Origin: a virus
DNA length: 64,000 nucleotides
IMG/VR virus record: IMGVR_UViG_2935901341_000001
Coordinates: 7,424 to 71,423 of that record
Direction: 5' to 3' (one strand)
The notes under the pieces are model-generated. The model was not told where the DNA came from, searched no databases, and was given only the letters and a program-made list of their open reading frames with translations. Of the stretch, positions 45,592 to 54,299 are shown piece after piece; within the stretch, counting starts at the first letter, position 1, and every line of letters starts with the position of its first letter. The translations under genes were made by a program, and so were the position numbers.

Positions 45592-46880
45592 GCTTCGGTA
45601 AGGTAACCATGTCGGCCCAGGAACTTGAGCGCCTGCCGCCCGCTCAGCAGCGACTTGCCAAGGCGCTAGCGGCAGAGATGGGAGCTCCACTGCCGGTCAA
45701 GGCCGTCGTGGACGATACGCCACCCGCCGGCGGTATCGATCTTGGCCGCTCCGATTTTGGAAAGACCGTCTATCTGGATATCGAAAAGCTGCTCGACGGC
45801 CGCCTGCTGGTCCAGGGGACGTCGGGCGCCGGCAAGAGCTGGACGCTGCGCCGGATCGTGGAGCAGACGAACGGCCTCGTTCAGCAGATCATCATCGATC
45901 CGGAAGGCGAGTTCGGTTCCATCGCCCAACACTACGACTTCCCGATCCTCGACGGGACGAAGCTTGACCCCGCCGCGCTGGCGGTCGCGGCCGGCCGGGT
46001 GCGTGAGCACCGGCTATCGGTCCTGCTCGACCTCTCCCAGCTCGATCGAGAAACGCAGATGCAGAGCGTGACGGCATTCGTCGGCGCGCTGATCGCCGCA
46101 CCGCGCGAGAACTGGCACCCCGCTATGATCGTCATCGATGAGGCACATCTGTTCGCCCCGTTCGGCGGCGCTGGCCTTGCCGCCACTTCCGTGCGCCAGG
46201 CTGCAACGCAGACGATCACGGATCTCATGAGCCGCGGCCGAAAGCGCGGTCTCGCCGGCGTGCTGGCCACGCAGCGCATCGCTAAGCTGGCAAAGTCGGT
46301 CTCGTCGGAAGTCTTGAACTTCATGATCGGGCTGAACACGCTCGATATCGACATCCGGCGCGCGGCCGAGATGATCGGCTGGGATGCCAGCAAGGGCTTC
46401 GATCGCCTGCCGATGCTCAAGCCCGGTGACTTCGTTGCATCGGGCCCCGCGTTCTCTCAAGCGCCGGCCACCCTTCATATCGGCCCCGTCGAGACACGCC
46501 ACATCGGCGCCCGTCCGGAGATGGTCGCGCCTGCCATGATCGACGCCGCCGGCGCCGCATCTCTGCTCGACCTCGAGCAGCTGCACGCAGCGACGGCCGG
46601 TGACGAGGAGATCCGATCGGAAGCGAGCATCCCGCCCGCCTATCGATCGATCCGTGCCTTCATCCGCGAGCCTGCTTTCGCCGATGCCGGCAGGGTTTGG
46701 GAGGTGCTGCGACCGCTCGCTCCGCAAGGGGCAGCGGTAACCGACCTGGCCGACTACCTCTCGATCGATGTCGGCCGGGTATCGGCCGCCCTCGCCCTCC
46801 TCGACAGCTATGGCGCCGTCGAGATCAGCGACCTGAGCGAAGGCCGTGCCGTCCGTGTTGGAAAAGGAATGACGATATGA
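45582..46880 (+). CDS. HerA/DUF87-like P-loop ATPase with C-terminal wHTH
   Basis: GTSGAGKS, IDPEGEF, VIDEAHLF, RGRKRG, ATQR. Confidence 0.88.
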   Translation: MDMSFGKVTMSAQELERLPPAQQRLAKALAAEMGAPLPVKAVVDDTPPAGGIDLGRSDFGKTVYLDIEKLLDGRLLVQGTSGAGKSWTLRRIVEQTNGLVQQIIIDPEGEFGSIAQHYDFPILDGTKLDPAALAVAAGRVREHRLSVLLDLSQLDRETQMQSVTAFVGALIAAPRENWHPAMIVIDEAHLFAPFGGAGLAATSVRQAATQTITDLMSRGRKRGLAGVLATQRIAKLAKSVSSEVLNFMIGLNTLDIDIRRAAEMIGWDASKGFDRLPMLKPGDFVASGPAFSQAPATLHIGPVETRHIGARPEMVAPAMIDAAGAASLLDLEQLHAATAGDEEIRSEASIPPAYRSIRAFIREPAFADAGRVWEVLRPLAPQGAAVTDLADYLSIDVGRVSAALALLDSYGAVEISDLSEGRAVRVGKGMTI

Positions 46881-47713
46881 CCCTGAAGCCTGTCTCCTTC
46901 AGCAAGCCGATCGTGCACGAACCGCGCATCTCCGCTCCCTATGTGGCGGGCAAGCGTGACAAGAGATATTGGACCGAGGAAGAGAAAGCCATCATTCGGA
47001 GGTACTTTCCGGATGGTGGCGCGGGCGCATGTCTCGCGCATCTCGGTCCCCATCGCACACCGTCAGGCGTCTATAATCAGGCGCGCATGATGGAGATCAC
47101 CTCCAGCGCCTCGTCCCCGCACCGAGGTAGCTATGAAGCCACTCCAGAGTTGGATGAACGTATCCGCACCGAATGGCAGCAGCTGGATGCCGGCAAGAAA
47201 GGCGTGGTCAACGATCTCGCCGACCGCCTCGGCATTCCTCGGTGGTGGCTGTCAAAGCGATTGACGCATCTTGGTCTTACGCACCGCCACAAAAAGGAAC
47301 CCCTGTGGACGCCTGCAGAAGACGAGCTCATGAAACGAGCGCCGCTGCACCAGCCTGAGAAAGCAGCGAAGATGTTCCGTGAGCATGGCTTCATCCGCTC
47401 GCCGACGGCTATCATGGTCAGGGCGAAGCGCCTCAACCTGTCTCGCCGAGCTGCTCGAGAAGAACTGTCCGCCACCCAGGCCGGAAATATCCTCGGCGTC
47501 GATATCAAATTCATCACCGGCCGAATCCTCTCTGGCGAACTGCCTGCGACGAAGCGCGAAGATAACCGCCGGGCCCAGCAGGGCGGGAGCTCTTGGGACA
47601 TTAAGCCGGACGATCTGCGGCAATGGATCCTCGACAACATCGACGTGGTCGACCTGCGCAAAGTCGACAAGGTCCCCTTCATCATGCTCATCGCGGGAGG
47701 CGACAATGGCTAG
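46877..47713 (+). CDS. DNA-binding protein with Myb/SANT-like repeats and HTH
   Basis: WTEEEKAII and WTPAEDELM repeats; excisionase-like LSATQAGNILGV; ATGA coupling. Confidence 0.75.
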   Translation: MTLKPVSFSKPIVHEPRISAPYVAGKRDKRYWTEEEKAIIRRYFPDGGAGACLAHLGPHRTPSGVYNQARMMEITSSASSPHRGSYEATPELDERIRTEWQQLDAGKKGVVNDLADRLGIPRWWLSKRLTHLGLTHRHKKEPLWTPAEDELMKRAPLHQPEKAAKMFREHGFIRSPTAIMVRAKRLNLSRRAAREELSATQAGNILGVDIKFITGRILSGELPATKREDNRRAQQGGSSWDIKPDDLRQWILDNIDVVDLRKVDKVPFIMLIAGGDNG

Positions 47714-48018
47714 GCGATGCTTTGATCAGCGTAGGATTCGATTGCCCTGGCAAAAGCCTTCAAGGCTTGCGGCGCATTATTGAGCGCCATCGCACGGGCA
47801 AGCGCCTCAAAGTCACCGGCTCCGATATCCACGATCATGTCGCTATTCCCGCCCCCTTTGGACGGCACCGCGAATCTGATCTGGACACCAGTCTGCCAGG
47901 GCACCAATCCCTGCACGGCGTACGCCACGACTTCTATGTCGGCCGTGACCTCGGCGAACTGATCTGCCTGTCTGGTCGCGCCTTTGCGCATCACTTTCGT
48001 GTCGATCAAATTTGCCAT
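47710..48018 (-). CDS. Antisense hypothetical protein
   Basis: GAGAGG RBS before ATG 48018; fills the gap between plus-strand genes. Confidence 0.55.
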   Translation of the reverse strand: MANLIDTKVMRKGATRQADQFAEVTADIEVVAYAVQGLVPWQTGVQIRFAVPSKGGGNSDMIVDIGAGDFEALARAMALNNAPQALKAFARAIESYADQSIA

Positions 48019-48039
48019 CACACCTCTCAAGGAAAATCT

Positions 48040-48834
48040 ATGACCGGTCCTCACCTCAAGAGCATCGTGAAGCTCTTCGAGTCCTGTCGATATCGGCACG
48101 ACATCTATACAGTTTTCTCGGATTGGTGCGAGTGCGCCGCGATCTCCCTCAGCAACGCGATGGATATCCGGCAACGGGAGAAGCGGGACGCTCGCTATAT
48201 GGAGATCATCGGCCGATACGATCGCAACGTCGTCGAGACCTTCCCGAAGATCATGGGCGAGGTGGTGATGGCGCTCGAGGCGGGACCACAAGACATCCTT
48301 GGCGCAACATTCCACGAGCTTGAGCTCCACAACACCGCGCGCGGACAGTTCTTCACTCCATATGAGCTCTGCCGGATGATGGCTAAGATAAACGTCGGGA
48401 GCGCCGAAGATCTGCAGAAGCACATCAATCAGCGTGGCTACATCACGGCGCAAGAACCAGCCGTCGGCGCCGGCGCAACGATCATCGCACTTGCCGAGGC
48501 AATCAAGGATCTTGGCATCAACTACCAGCAGCATCTGCACGTGACGGCAATCGACGTGGATCCTCGCGCTGTGCACATGGCCTACATCCAGTTCTCGCTA
48601 ATGCACATCCCGGCTCAGGTGATTGTCGGAGACACGCTCAGGCTGGAGTTCCGCGAGGACTGGTTCACGCCAGCGCATATCATGGGCTTCTGGTCAGGAC
48701 GGCTTGCTGCCGATCGGCACCAACTCCAAGCGGCGATCGAGGTGCCCACTGTTGAAGTCCCGCCACCGGAGATCGTCAAGCCGCCGCCCCGGCATCTCTT
48801 GGGCCTACCACTTTTCGACTTCGCCCTGCCTTAG
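48040..48834 (+). CDS. N6-DNA-methylase-like protein lacking the NPPY/F motif
   Basis: GQFFTPY, EPAVGAG (motif I), AIDVD, GDTL then ends FTP with no motif IV. Confidence 0.8.
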   Translation: MTGPHLKSIVKLFESCRYRHDIYTVFSDWCECAAISLSNAMDIRQREKRDARYMEIIGRYDRNVVETFPKIMGEVVMALEAGPQDILGATFHELELHNTARGQFFTPYELCRMMAKINVGSAEDLQKHINQRGYITAQEPAVGAGATIIALAEAIKDLGINYQQHLHVTAIDVDPRAVHMAYIQFSLMHIPAQVIVGDTLRLEFREDWFTPAHIMGFWSGRLAADRHQLQAAIEVPTVEVPPPEIVKPPPRHLLGLPLFDFALP

Positions 48835-49154
48835 CGGCACTTGATATAGACCAGGTAGGTTTTCGACGTTCCGCCGGTCCCAAATGTTCCGGTCGCAATC
48901 TCGTCTTCGGAAACGATCTGAGCAGCTGGGCACTGCGTTTTCATGTAATCCAGAGCCCACTTGTCGCGGTTGGCCTTGTCGTCAGGGGTGAATCCGAAGT
49001 CGACGCTGTTCTTGATATAGACGACATAGTCACTGCCCGGGGAACTGGATTTCTCAACGCGCAGCGCGCCCCCACTTTCCAACATCCGCATCTGCGACTG
49101 GCATCCAACCAAAGCGAGCGCGCACAGCGCTGCGACAAGCAACTTCGATCTCAT
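48831..49154 (-). CDS. Antisense lipoprotein (cargo)
   Basis: Lipobox LVGC after a short hydrophobic signal. Confidence 0.8.
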   Translation of the reverse strand: MRSKLLVAALCALALVGCQSQMRMLESGGALRVEKSSSPGSDYVVYIKNSVDFGFTPDDKANRDKWALDYMKTQCPAAQIVSEDEIATGTFGTGGTSKTYLVYIKCR

Positions 49155-49283
49155 CAATCCCTCCGGCGAGTCCCTTGCGTAACTCTCACCGGGAGGATCG
49201 CGAAGTCAAACAGAATTCGGTCATCGACCGATCCACCACCGCCGACAGGCGGTTTTTTTATGCCCAACATCAGGAGAAACCGC

Positions 49284-50468
49284 ATGCAATCCGAGAATAT
49301 CGTAAAGCTTTTCACCGCCGAAAATCCCTCGGCACTCATCGACCGTGCCGATCTGACCGAATGCGTCACGCTGCTCGCCAAGCTGTGCAGCGGCAAGCAG
49401 CCGATGCCCATCCTCAACCATATCCGTATGGCATCCGAGTCCGGCGGCATCGCCTTCACTGCGACCAATCTCGACATCCAGGCGGAGACGTCGCTCGTCG
49501 CTGACGTCGACGCCCGCTTCTCGGCGGCCCTGCCGGCCGCGGCGTTGCTTAAGCTCATGAAGAAGGGCACGCCGAGTTCGACGGCGATCCTTGAGCTGCT
49601 GTCTGATGAAGCAGACGAAGACGCCGCGCGAAGTGTTGCCAGCAAGTGCGCTATTCAGCTTGCCGGCACGCGCTTCGTGCTCGACGCGCTGCCGACCGAC
49701 GACTTTCCCGACCCGATTCGTCACATGGAAGGTGCGAAGGTTCAGCGCTTTTCGGTTGCCAGCGCGGTTCTCTGGAACGCGATCGACGGGACGATCGACG
49801 CGGCCTCGACTGACCAGACGCGCTACTACTTGAACGGCGTCTACATCCACAATCACAACGGTTATCTGCGTTTCGTCACCACCGACGGCCATCGCCTCTA
49901 CATCCAGGATACCAACGTCAAGACCGGGAAGTTCGAGATCAGCGCCATCGTGCCGACCGAAGGTGCGAAGTTCGTCGCATCTCTGATCGACGGCTACGCC
50001 GGCGCCAATCCCGTCAAGGTCGAGATCTCGTCGACCGTCGCCGTCTTCGTCTTCCGCGATATCGCCGTGAGCTTGAAGCTGATCGACGGCACCTATCCCG
50101 ACTATCAGCGCGTCATACCGGCCGAACCGGACAAGTTTGCGACCATCGCAGGCGGCGAACTGTCGGAGCGCGTTGCGTCGCTCGTCGAGTGCACCGGTGC
50201 TTCGACCGTCAAACTGAAGTTTGCTGCCGAGCAACTGACCATCAGCGCAAACGGCACTTCAGGTGGGGGCACGACAGGGATGGATTGCGACTACCAGGGC
50301 GACGAATTGGAGATCGCCTTTGATGCTCGCTATCTCCGTTCGTCGATCGAGGCGGCAAGCCCCGACGGTAGAAACATGCGGTTCCGCCTGGCCGACGCCG
50401 TCTCGCCAGCCACCGTATCCGGCTCGATCGGCGGCTGGACCGGCATCCTGATGCCGTCCCGGGCCTGA
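49284..50468 (+). CDS. dnaN: Phage-encoded DNA polymerase III beta sliding clamp homolog
   Basis: PILNHI, TATNLD, RYYLNGVY, VTTDGHRL, LIDGTYPDYQRVIP, IAFDARYL, LMP. Confidence 0.92.
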   Translation: MQSENIVKLFTAENPSALIDRADLTECVTLLAKLCSGKQPMPILNHIRMASESGGIAFTATNLDIQAETSLVADVDARFSAALPAAALLKLMKKGTPSSTAILELLSDEADEDAARSVASKCAIQLAGTRFVLDALPTDDFPDPIRHMEGAKVQRFSVASAVLWNAIDGTIDAASTDQTRYYLNGVYIHNHNGYLRFVTTDGHRLYIQDTNVKTGKFEISAIVPTEGAKFVASLIDGYAGANPVKVEISSTVAVFVFRDIAVSLKLIDGTYPDYQRVIPAEPDKFATIAGGELSERVASLVECTGASTVKLKFAAEQLTISANGTSGGGTTGMDCDYQGDELEIAFDARYLRSSIEAASPDGRNMRFRLADAVSPATVSGSIGGWTGILMPSRA

Positions 50469-50537
50469 TCACCACGACCATCAACCTCAACCGGGCCGCC
50501 GAGAGCGGCCCTTTTCATTTCAATCAGGAGAAACCCC

Positions 50538-50921
50538 ATGACCGACGCACCTGAACCCGTCGACATCCAGGTCGGCACCAACATTCGCGGGCTGCGCTTG
50601 CTCCGCAAGATGACCCAGATGGAGGTCGCCAAACACCTCGGCATCACATTCCAGCAACTGCAGAAATACGAGAAGGGCGCGAACCGCGTTAGCGCCAGCA
50701 AGCTGCACAAGATGGCAACCATCTTCGGCGTTCGCGTCGAGGCCCTCTTCGAAGGCACCGAAGGGACCGAGCAAAACGCGGTCGCCGTGCTGGCGCCGAT
50801 CGATCGCGAAGCCCTGACCCTCGCCCGGGACTTCGAAGCGATCGCCAACCCGAACGTCCGGCACTCTATCCGCGGCCTGGTGAAGTCCATCAGCCGCCAG
50901 CAGGTGGCCGATGCCGCGTGA
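50538..50921 (+). CDS. XRE-family HTH regulator
   Basis: VGTNIRGLR...GITFQQLQKYEKGANRVSAS. Confidence 0.92.
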   Translation: MTDAPEPVDIQVGTNIRGLRLLRKMTQMEVAKHLGITFQQLQKYEKGANRVSASKLHKMATIFGVRVEALFEGTEGTEQNAVAVLAPIDREALTLARDFEAIANPNVRHSIRGLVKSISRQQVADAA

Positions 50922-51001
50922 GCTTGCCTCCCGCCGGCGACGGTCAAGCCGGCTTGCCTTCCACCGTTACCCGAAATCGCAACTCAAGAGGTTCTACCGA
51001 A

Positions 51002-52762
51002 ATGGAACAACTGTCGCTCACCACGGATCGGCTCGTGCTGGATCCAAGCAATGCCCGCAGGATGCGGGACAAGGACTCGCTGGCTTCGCTGAAGGCGTCC
51101 ATCCTCGCCCTCGGCATCATCCAGCCGATCACGGTTCGGCCGCCCGACGCCGCTGACCGTGACCTCGAAGGCGATCGCTATCGCGTCTTCGCAGGCGGAC
51201 GCCGCCTTTCCGCCGTTACGGAGTTGATCATCGAAGGCAAACTTCCGTTGGACTATGAGCTGCCCGCGCTCGTGAAGGACGTCGACGATACCGGCGCCGA
51301 CGAAATGAGCTTGGCGGAGAACATTCTGCGCCGAAACATGCTGCCGGTCGACGAGTTCAAGGCTTTCTCTCGTTTGGCTGAGCAGGGAATGTCCGCGGAG
51401 GATATCGCCCTTCACTTCGGTCAGACGGTCAAGTTCGTTAGGGGCCGGATGGCCCTTGGCAATCTTCATCCCGTCATTCTGGCGGCGTTCGAAAATGAAG
51501 AGCTTACATGGTCAGCCGTCACAGCCTACACAATCGCGGAAGATAGGGACGCCCAGCTCCAGACCTATGAGGGGCTGGAGGGCTACCAGAAAAACCATGC
51601 CCACTACATTCGTCAGAAGCTTTCGGGCTCAGCGATGGAGGCCGACAATAAGGTTGCCAAGTTTATCGGCGAAGAAGCTTACCGCGCGGCCGGCGGCGTA
51701 ATCCAGGAGGACCTTTTCCAGGAGAATCGCTATTGGACGTCGTCGCAAATCATCGAAGATTTGAAGCTGGCGAAGCTGGAACAGCTTCGTTCCGACTACC
51801 TTGCTGATGGATGGTCTTTTTTCAAGACGCTCGAGGAAATGGGATGTCAGGATTGGGAGCTTCGGAGCGAACCCGCGATTGGCTCCGGATTGACGGAAGA
51901 GCAGATCAATCGGCTCGACGAACTCGGCAACATCATCGAAACCTTGTATGATGGCGTCGATCCGGACGAGCTGAGTCCTGAAGACAAGGCTGCTTACAAA
52001 AAGACCACTGAGGAATACGACACCCTCGAAAAGGTTGCCCGCGTTTATACCAGCGAGCAGAAGAGCCAGCTCGGCGTCGTGCTCGACAGCTACCTCAAGA
52101 TCAGGGTAGGCGTTCTCGAAGTTGGCAAGGCGGCGAAATCGGACGCGGCGGCCAGCAAAGCCGAGAAGGACCCGCTCGCCTTATCCGCACCGACTTTGAG
52201 CGAACTCGGCAAGGCGGCCACGACCGCGCTGGCCCAGGCGGTGGAGGCGCAGCCCGACAAGGCCCTCGCGCTGTTGGCTGCGTTGCTGGAACTCGCCCCC
52301 ACTTCACCGTGGCAACAGCATAGACCTGGCCGCCTTAGTATCGGCGCTCCCGGGGTGACGGCCGGCAATGCCAATTATGGCCTGGCTGCAAAGCGCTCCT
52401 TCAGCGAGGCCTTCGAGGAATATGCTGCGATGAAGGCCGTCGATCTGAAAAAGGCGCTCGCCCGGTTGGTGGCGGGTGCCGTCGATATCAGCCAGGAATG
52501 GCTACCCAGGAACGCCGACATGCGCGTTGCAACGCTCGATGCTTTCGGCGTCGACCCTACCCCGCACTTCGATGTCGACTCCTTCTTCACCGCGGGGCGT
52601 AAGCCGATCATCGCGGCCGCCTATAAGGAAATGGCCGGCCAGGACCTGAAGGACGGCAAGAAGGGCGATATGGTCGCGATCGCTGTCGACGCAGCAAAGA
52701 AGACTGGCTGGCTTCCCGAATATCTCCGAACGGCGACATACAAACCGAAGAAGGCGAAATGA
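51002..52762 (+). CDS. ParB/Srx N-domain protein of the plasmid/ICE type
   Basis: LKASILALGIIQPITV, AGGRRL, SLAENILRRNM, HTH IALHFGQTV, GWLPE C-terminus. Confidence 0.88.
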   Translation: MEQLSLTTDRLVLDPSNARRMRDKDSLASLKASILALGIIQPITVRPPDAADRDLEGDRYRVFAGGRRLSAVTELIIEGKLPLDYELPALVKDVDDTGADEMSLAENILRRNMLPVDEFKAFSRLAEQGMSAEDIALHFGQTVKFVRGRMALGNLHPVILAAFENEELTWSAVTAYTIAEDRDAQLQTYEGLEGYQKNHAHYIRQKLSGSAMEADNKVAKFIGEEAYRAAGGVIQEDLFQENRYWTSSQIIEDLKLAKLEQLRSDYLADGWSFFKTLEEMGCQDWELRSEPAIGSGLTEEQINRLDELGNIIETLYDGVDPDELSPEDKAAYKKTTEEYDTLEKVARVYTSEQKSQLGVVLDSYLKIRVGVLEVGKAAKSDAAASKAEKDPLALSAPTLSELGKAATTALAQAVEAQPDKALALLAALLELAPTSPWQQHRPGRLSIGAPGVTAGNANYGLAAKRSFSEAFEEYAAMKAVDLKKALARLVAGAVDISQEWLPRNADMRVATLDAFGVDPTPHFDVDSFFTAGRKPIIAAAYKEMAGQDLKDGKKGDMVAIAVDAAKKTGWLPEYLRTATYKPKKAK

Positions 52763-52823
52763 GACGCGGCGCTTCGGCGCCGCTCCTCTCCACTCCGAAT
52801 CGTATATAGACAGGACACGAATA

Positions 52824-53294
52824 ATGATCGCGACGACAGAGGTAGCCTCGGTGGCCGACGAAGAAAGCAATGATTTCCGCACCTGGATGAAGTCCTTGGG
52901 CTACAACGCCAAGCAGGTTTCCAATGCCGGCGAGGTAGTTGGCATGTCACCCTCCCTTGCCGGCCATTCCAGCCGCGGCCTTCGCGAGCTCTCCTATACT
53001 GAGCGACTTGCAATGGCCGCAGCAACGGCAGGTCTTCCTGCCTGGACACCGGAGAAGGCTGACGAGATTGAGACGGTCAGGATATTGCGACGAATCCTGA
53101 GTGACGAAATAGCCGCAGCTCAAACAGGCGTGGCCACCCAAGAAGAGGCCATGCGGACAATCAAGGCACTCATCCGCTCTGAAGCCTACCGGATAGCATC
53201 GGAATCTAGGTCGACGAATGCTGCTGATTCGGAGACGGATCAGGCGATCCTTGCTCTTCTGCGGGCCGCCGTGCAGGGTACCAGCGCGCGTTGA
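52824..53294 (+). CDS. HTH-type hypothetical regulator
   Basis: FRTWMKSLGYNAKQV...GLRELSYTERLAMAA; convergent overlap with the next gene. Confidence 0.65.
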   Translation: MIATTEVASVADEESNDFRTWMKSLGYNAKQVSNAGEVVGMSPSLAGHSSRGLRELSYTERLAMAAATAGLPAWTPEKADEIETVRILRRILSDEIAAAQTGVATQEEAMRTIKALIRSEAYRIASESRSTNAADSETDQAILALLRAAVQGTSAR

Positions 53295-53979
53295 AGTCAC
53301 GCATCGTCATCATGTGGAAGCGCACCGACAGCTCGTCGAGCGCTTTCAGCAGCCTCATGATGACGCGGTCGCGCCGATCGGCACGCACCTTCTCCCAAAG
53401 CCACACGTCGTGAACGACGACGTCCTCGACTATAGAGAACGGGGACTGCTCCAATCCCGGCGTCTGGTTTGCTCCTCGCAGCTCACTGAGCCAGCGGATG
53501 CAGTCCATCTTGTAATCCCCCGGCAATCGGCCGGGGATCCCGCCACCGCTTGAGCCTTCGAGGTTCGCGGCCTTCAGACCCGAGATCTGTGCGCCCTCTG
53601 AGATGCTGCGCAGCCGCTGACCGGCATTGAGCCGGCGATTGGCCGCACCGCCGGCGTCGTCCTTCCCCTGCAGCAATCCTTTGCTGTAGAGATATTCGAG
53701 TGGAGCGGTATTGGTGATGATCGGTACCGCTCGCTCCCGTCCGATGCTGGCGATCTCCGCTGGTCGGCCGTCGCGCCCTGCGCGGACGGCGATATCGTCT
53801 ACCGCCTTCACCTTTGCCTCCCAACCGTGCGCCTTCGCCATAGCGGCATAGAATTCATTCCGCCGCGGCTCGAACTCTGGCCCTCTGCCATAATAAGCGA
53901 CCAAGGGAAGCACCTTCTTGCCAAGGGCCTCCCGATCTAACCGCAACTCCTTCAGCCGTTCTTTCAGCCCTGCCCTCAC
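53206..53979 (-). CDS. Late-gene regulator candidate (Q position, DUF6456-like)
   Basis: LEYLYSKGLL...AGQRLRSISE; last gene of the Cro-replication operon. Confidence 0.6.
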   Translation of the reverse strand: MRAGLKERLKELRLDREALGKKVLPLVAYYGRGPEFEPRRNEFYAAMAKAHGWEAKVKAVDDIAVRAGRDGRPAEIASIGRERAVPIITNTAPLEYLYSKGLLQGKDDAGGAANRRLNAGQRLRSISEGAQISGLKAANLEGSSGGGIPGRLPGDYKMDCIRWLSELRGANQTPGLEQSPFSIVEDVVVHDVWLWEKVRADRRDRVIMRLLKALDELSVRFHMMTMRDFNARWYPARRPAEEQGSPDPSPNQQHSST

Positions 53980-54299
53980 ATGCGCCTCCGGAGCGGCCCA
54001 GGCTTGCCGGTCTCGCCGAGCGGCAGGATCGTAAACGGCACTCGATCAAGCATGCCGTCGTCGATAGGCTCGCCCTGGTCGAGCCGAATTCCTTCAAGTT
54101 CCTTCAGCTTTTCCCGCCGCTCCTGATCGCTCATCTGGGACCGGCCGTTGTATTCGCTTCGCCCGATGATGCCGGCCACCTGTTTGGTGCGCAGGCTGAG
54201 CGCGATCGCGATCGTCCGTTCGGTATAGCCGATCAGCCAGAGCACATAGGCGACGTATTTCACTCGGTCCCCATGGTGACTACGAATTGTTTTTCTCAA
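53976..54299 (-). CDS. Hypothetical HTH-like protein
   Basis: Coupled overlaps on both sides. Confidence 0.7.
   Translation of the reverse strand: MRKTIRSHHGDRVKYVAYVLWLIGYTERTIAIALSLRTKQVAGIIGRSEYNGRSQMSDQERREKLKELEGIRLDQGEPIDDGMLDRVPFTILPLGETGKPGPLRRRM

Noticed and set aside
45582-46880. Known HerA defence systems (Sir2-HerA, DUF4297-HerA/Nezha) or conjugative VirB4/TraD
   Set aside because: No Sir2, nuclease or T4SS/relaxase genes adjacent; the gene sits in a phage early operon.
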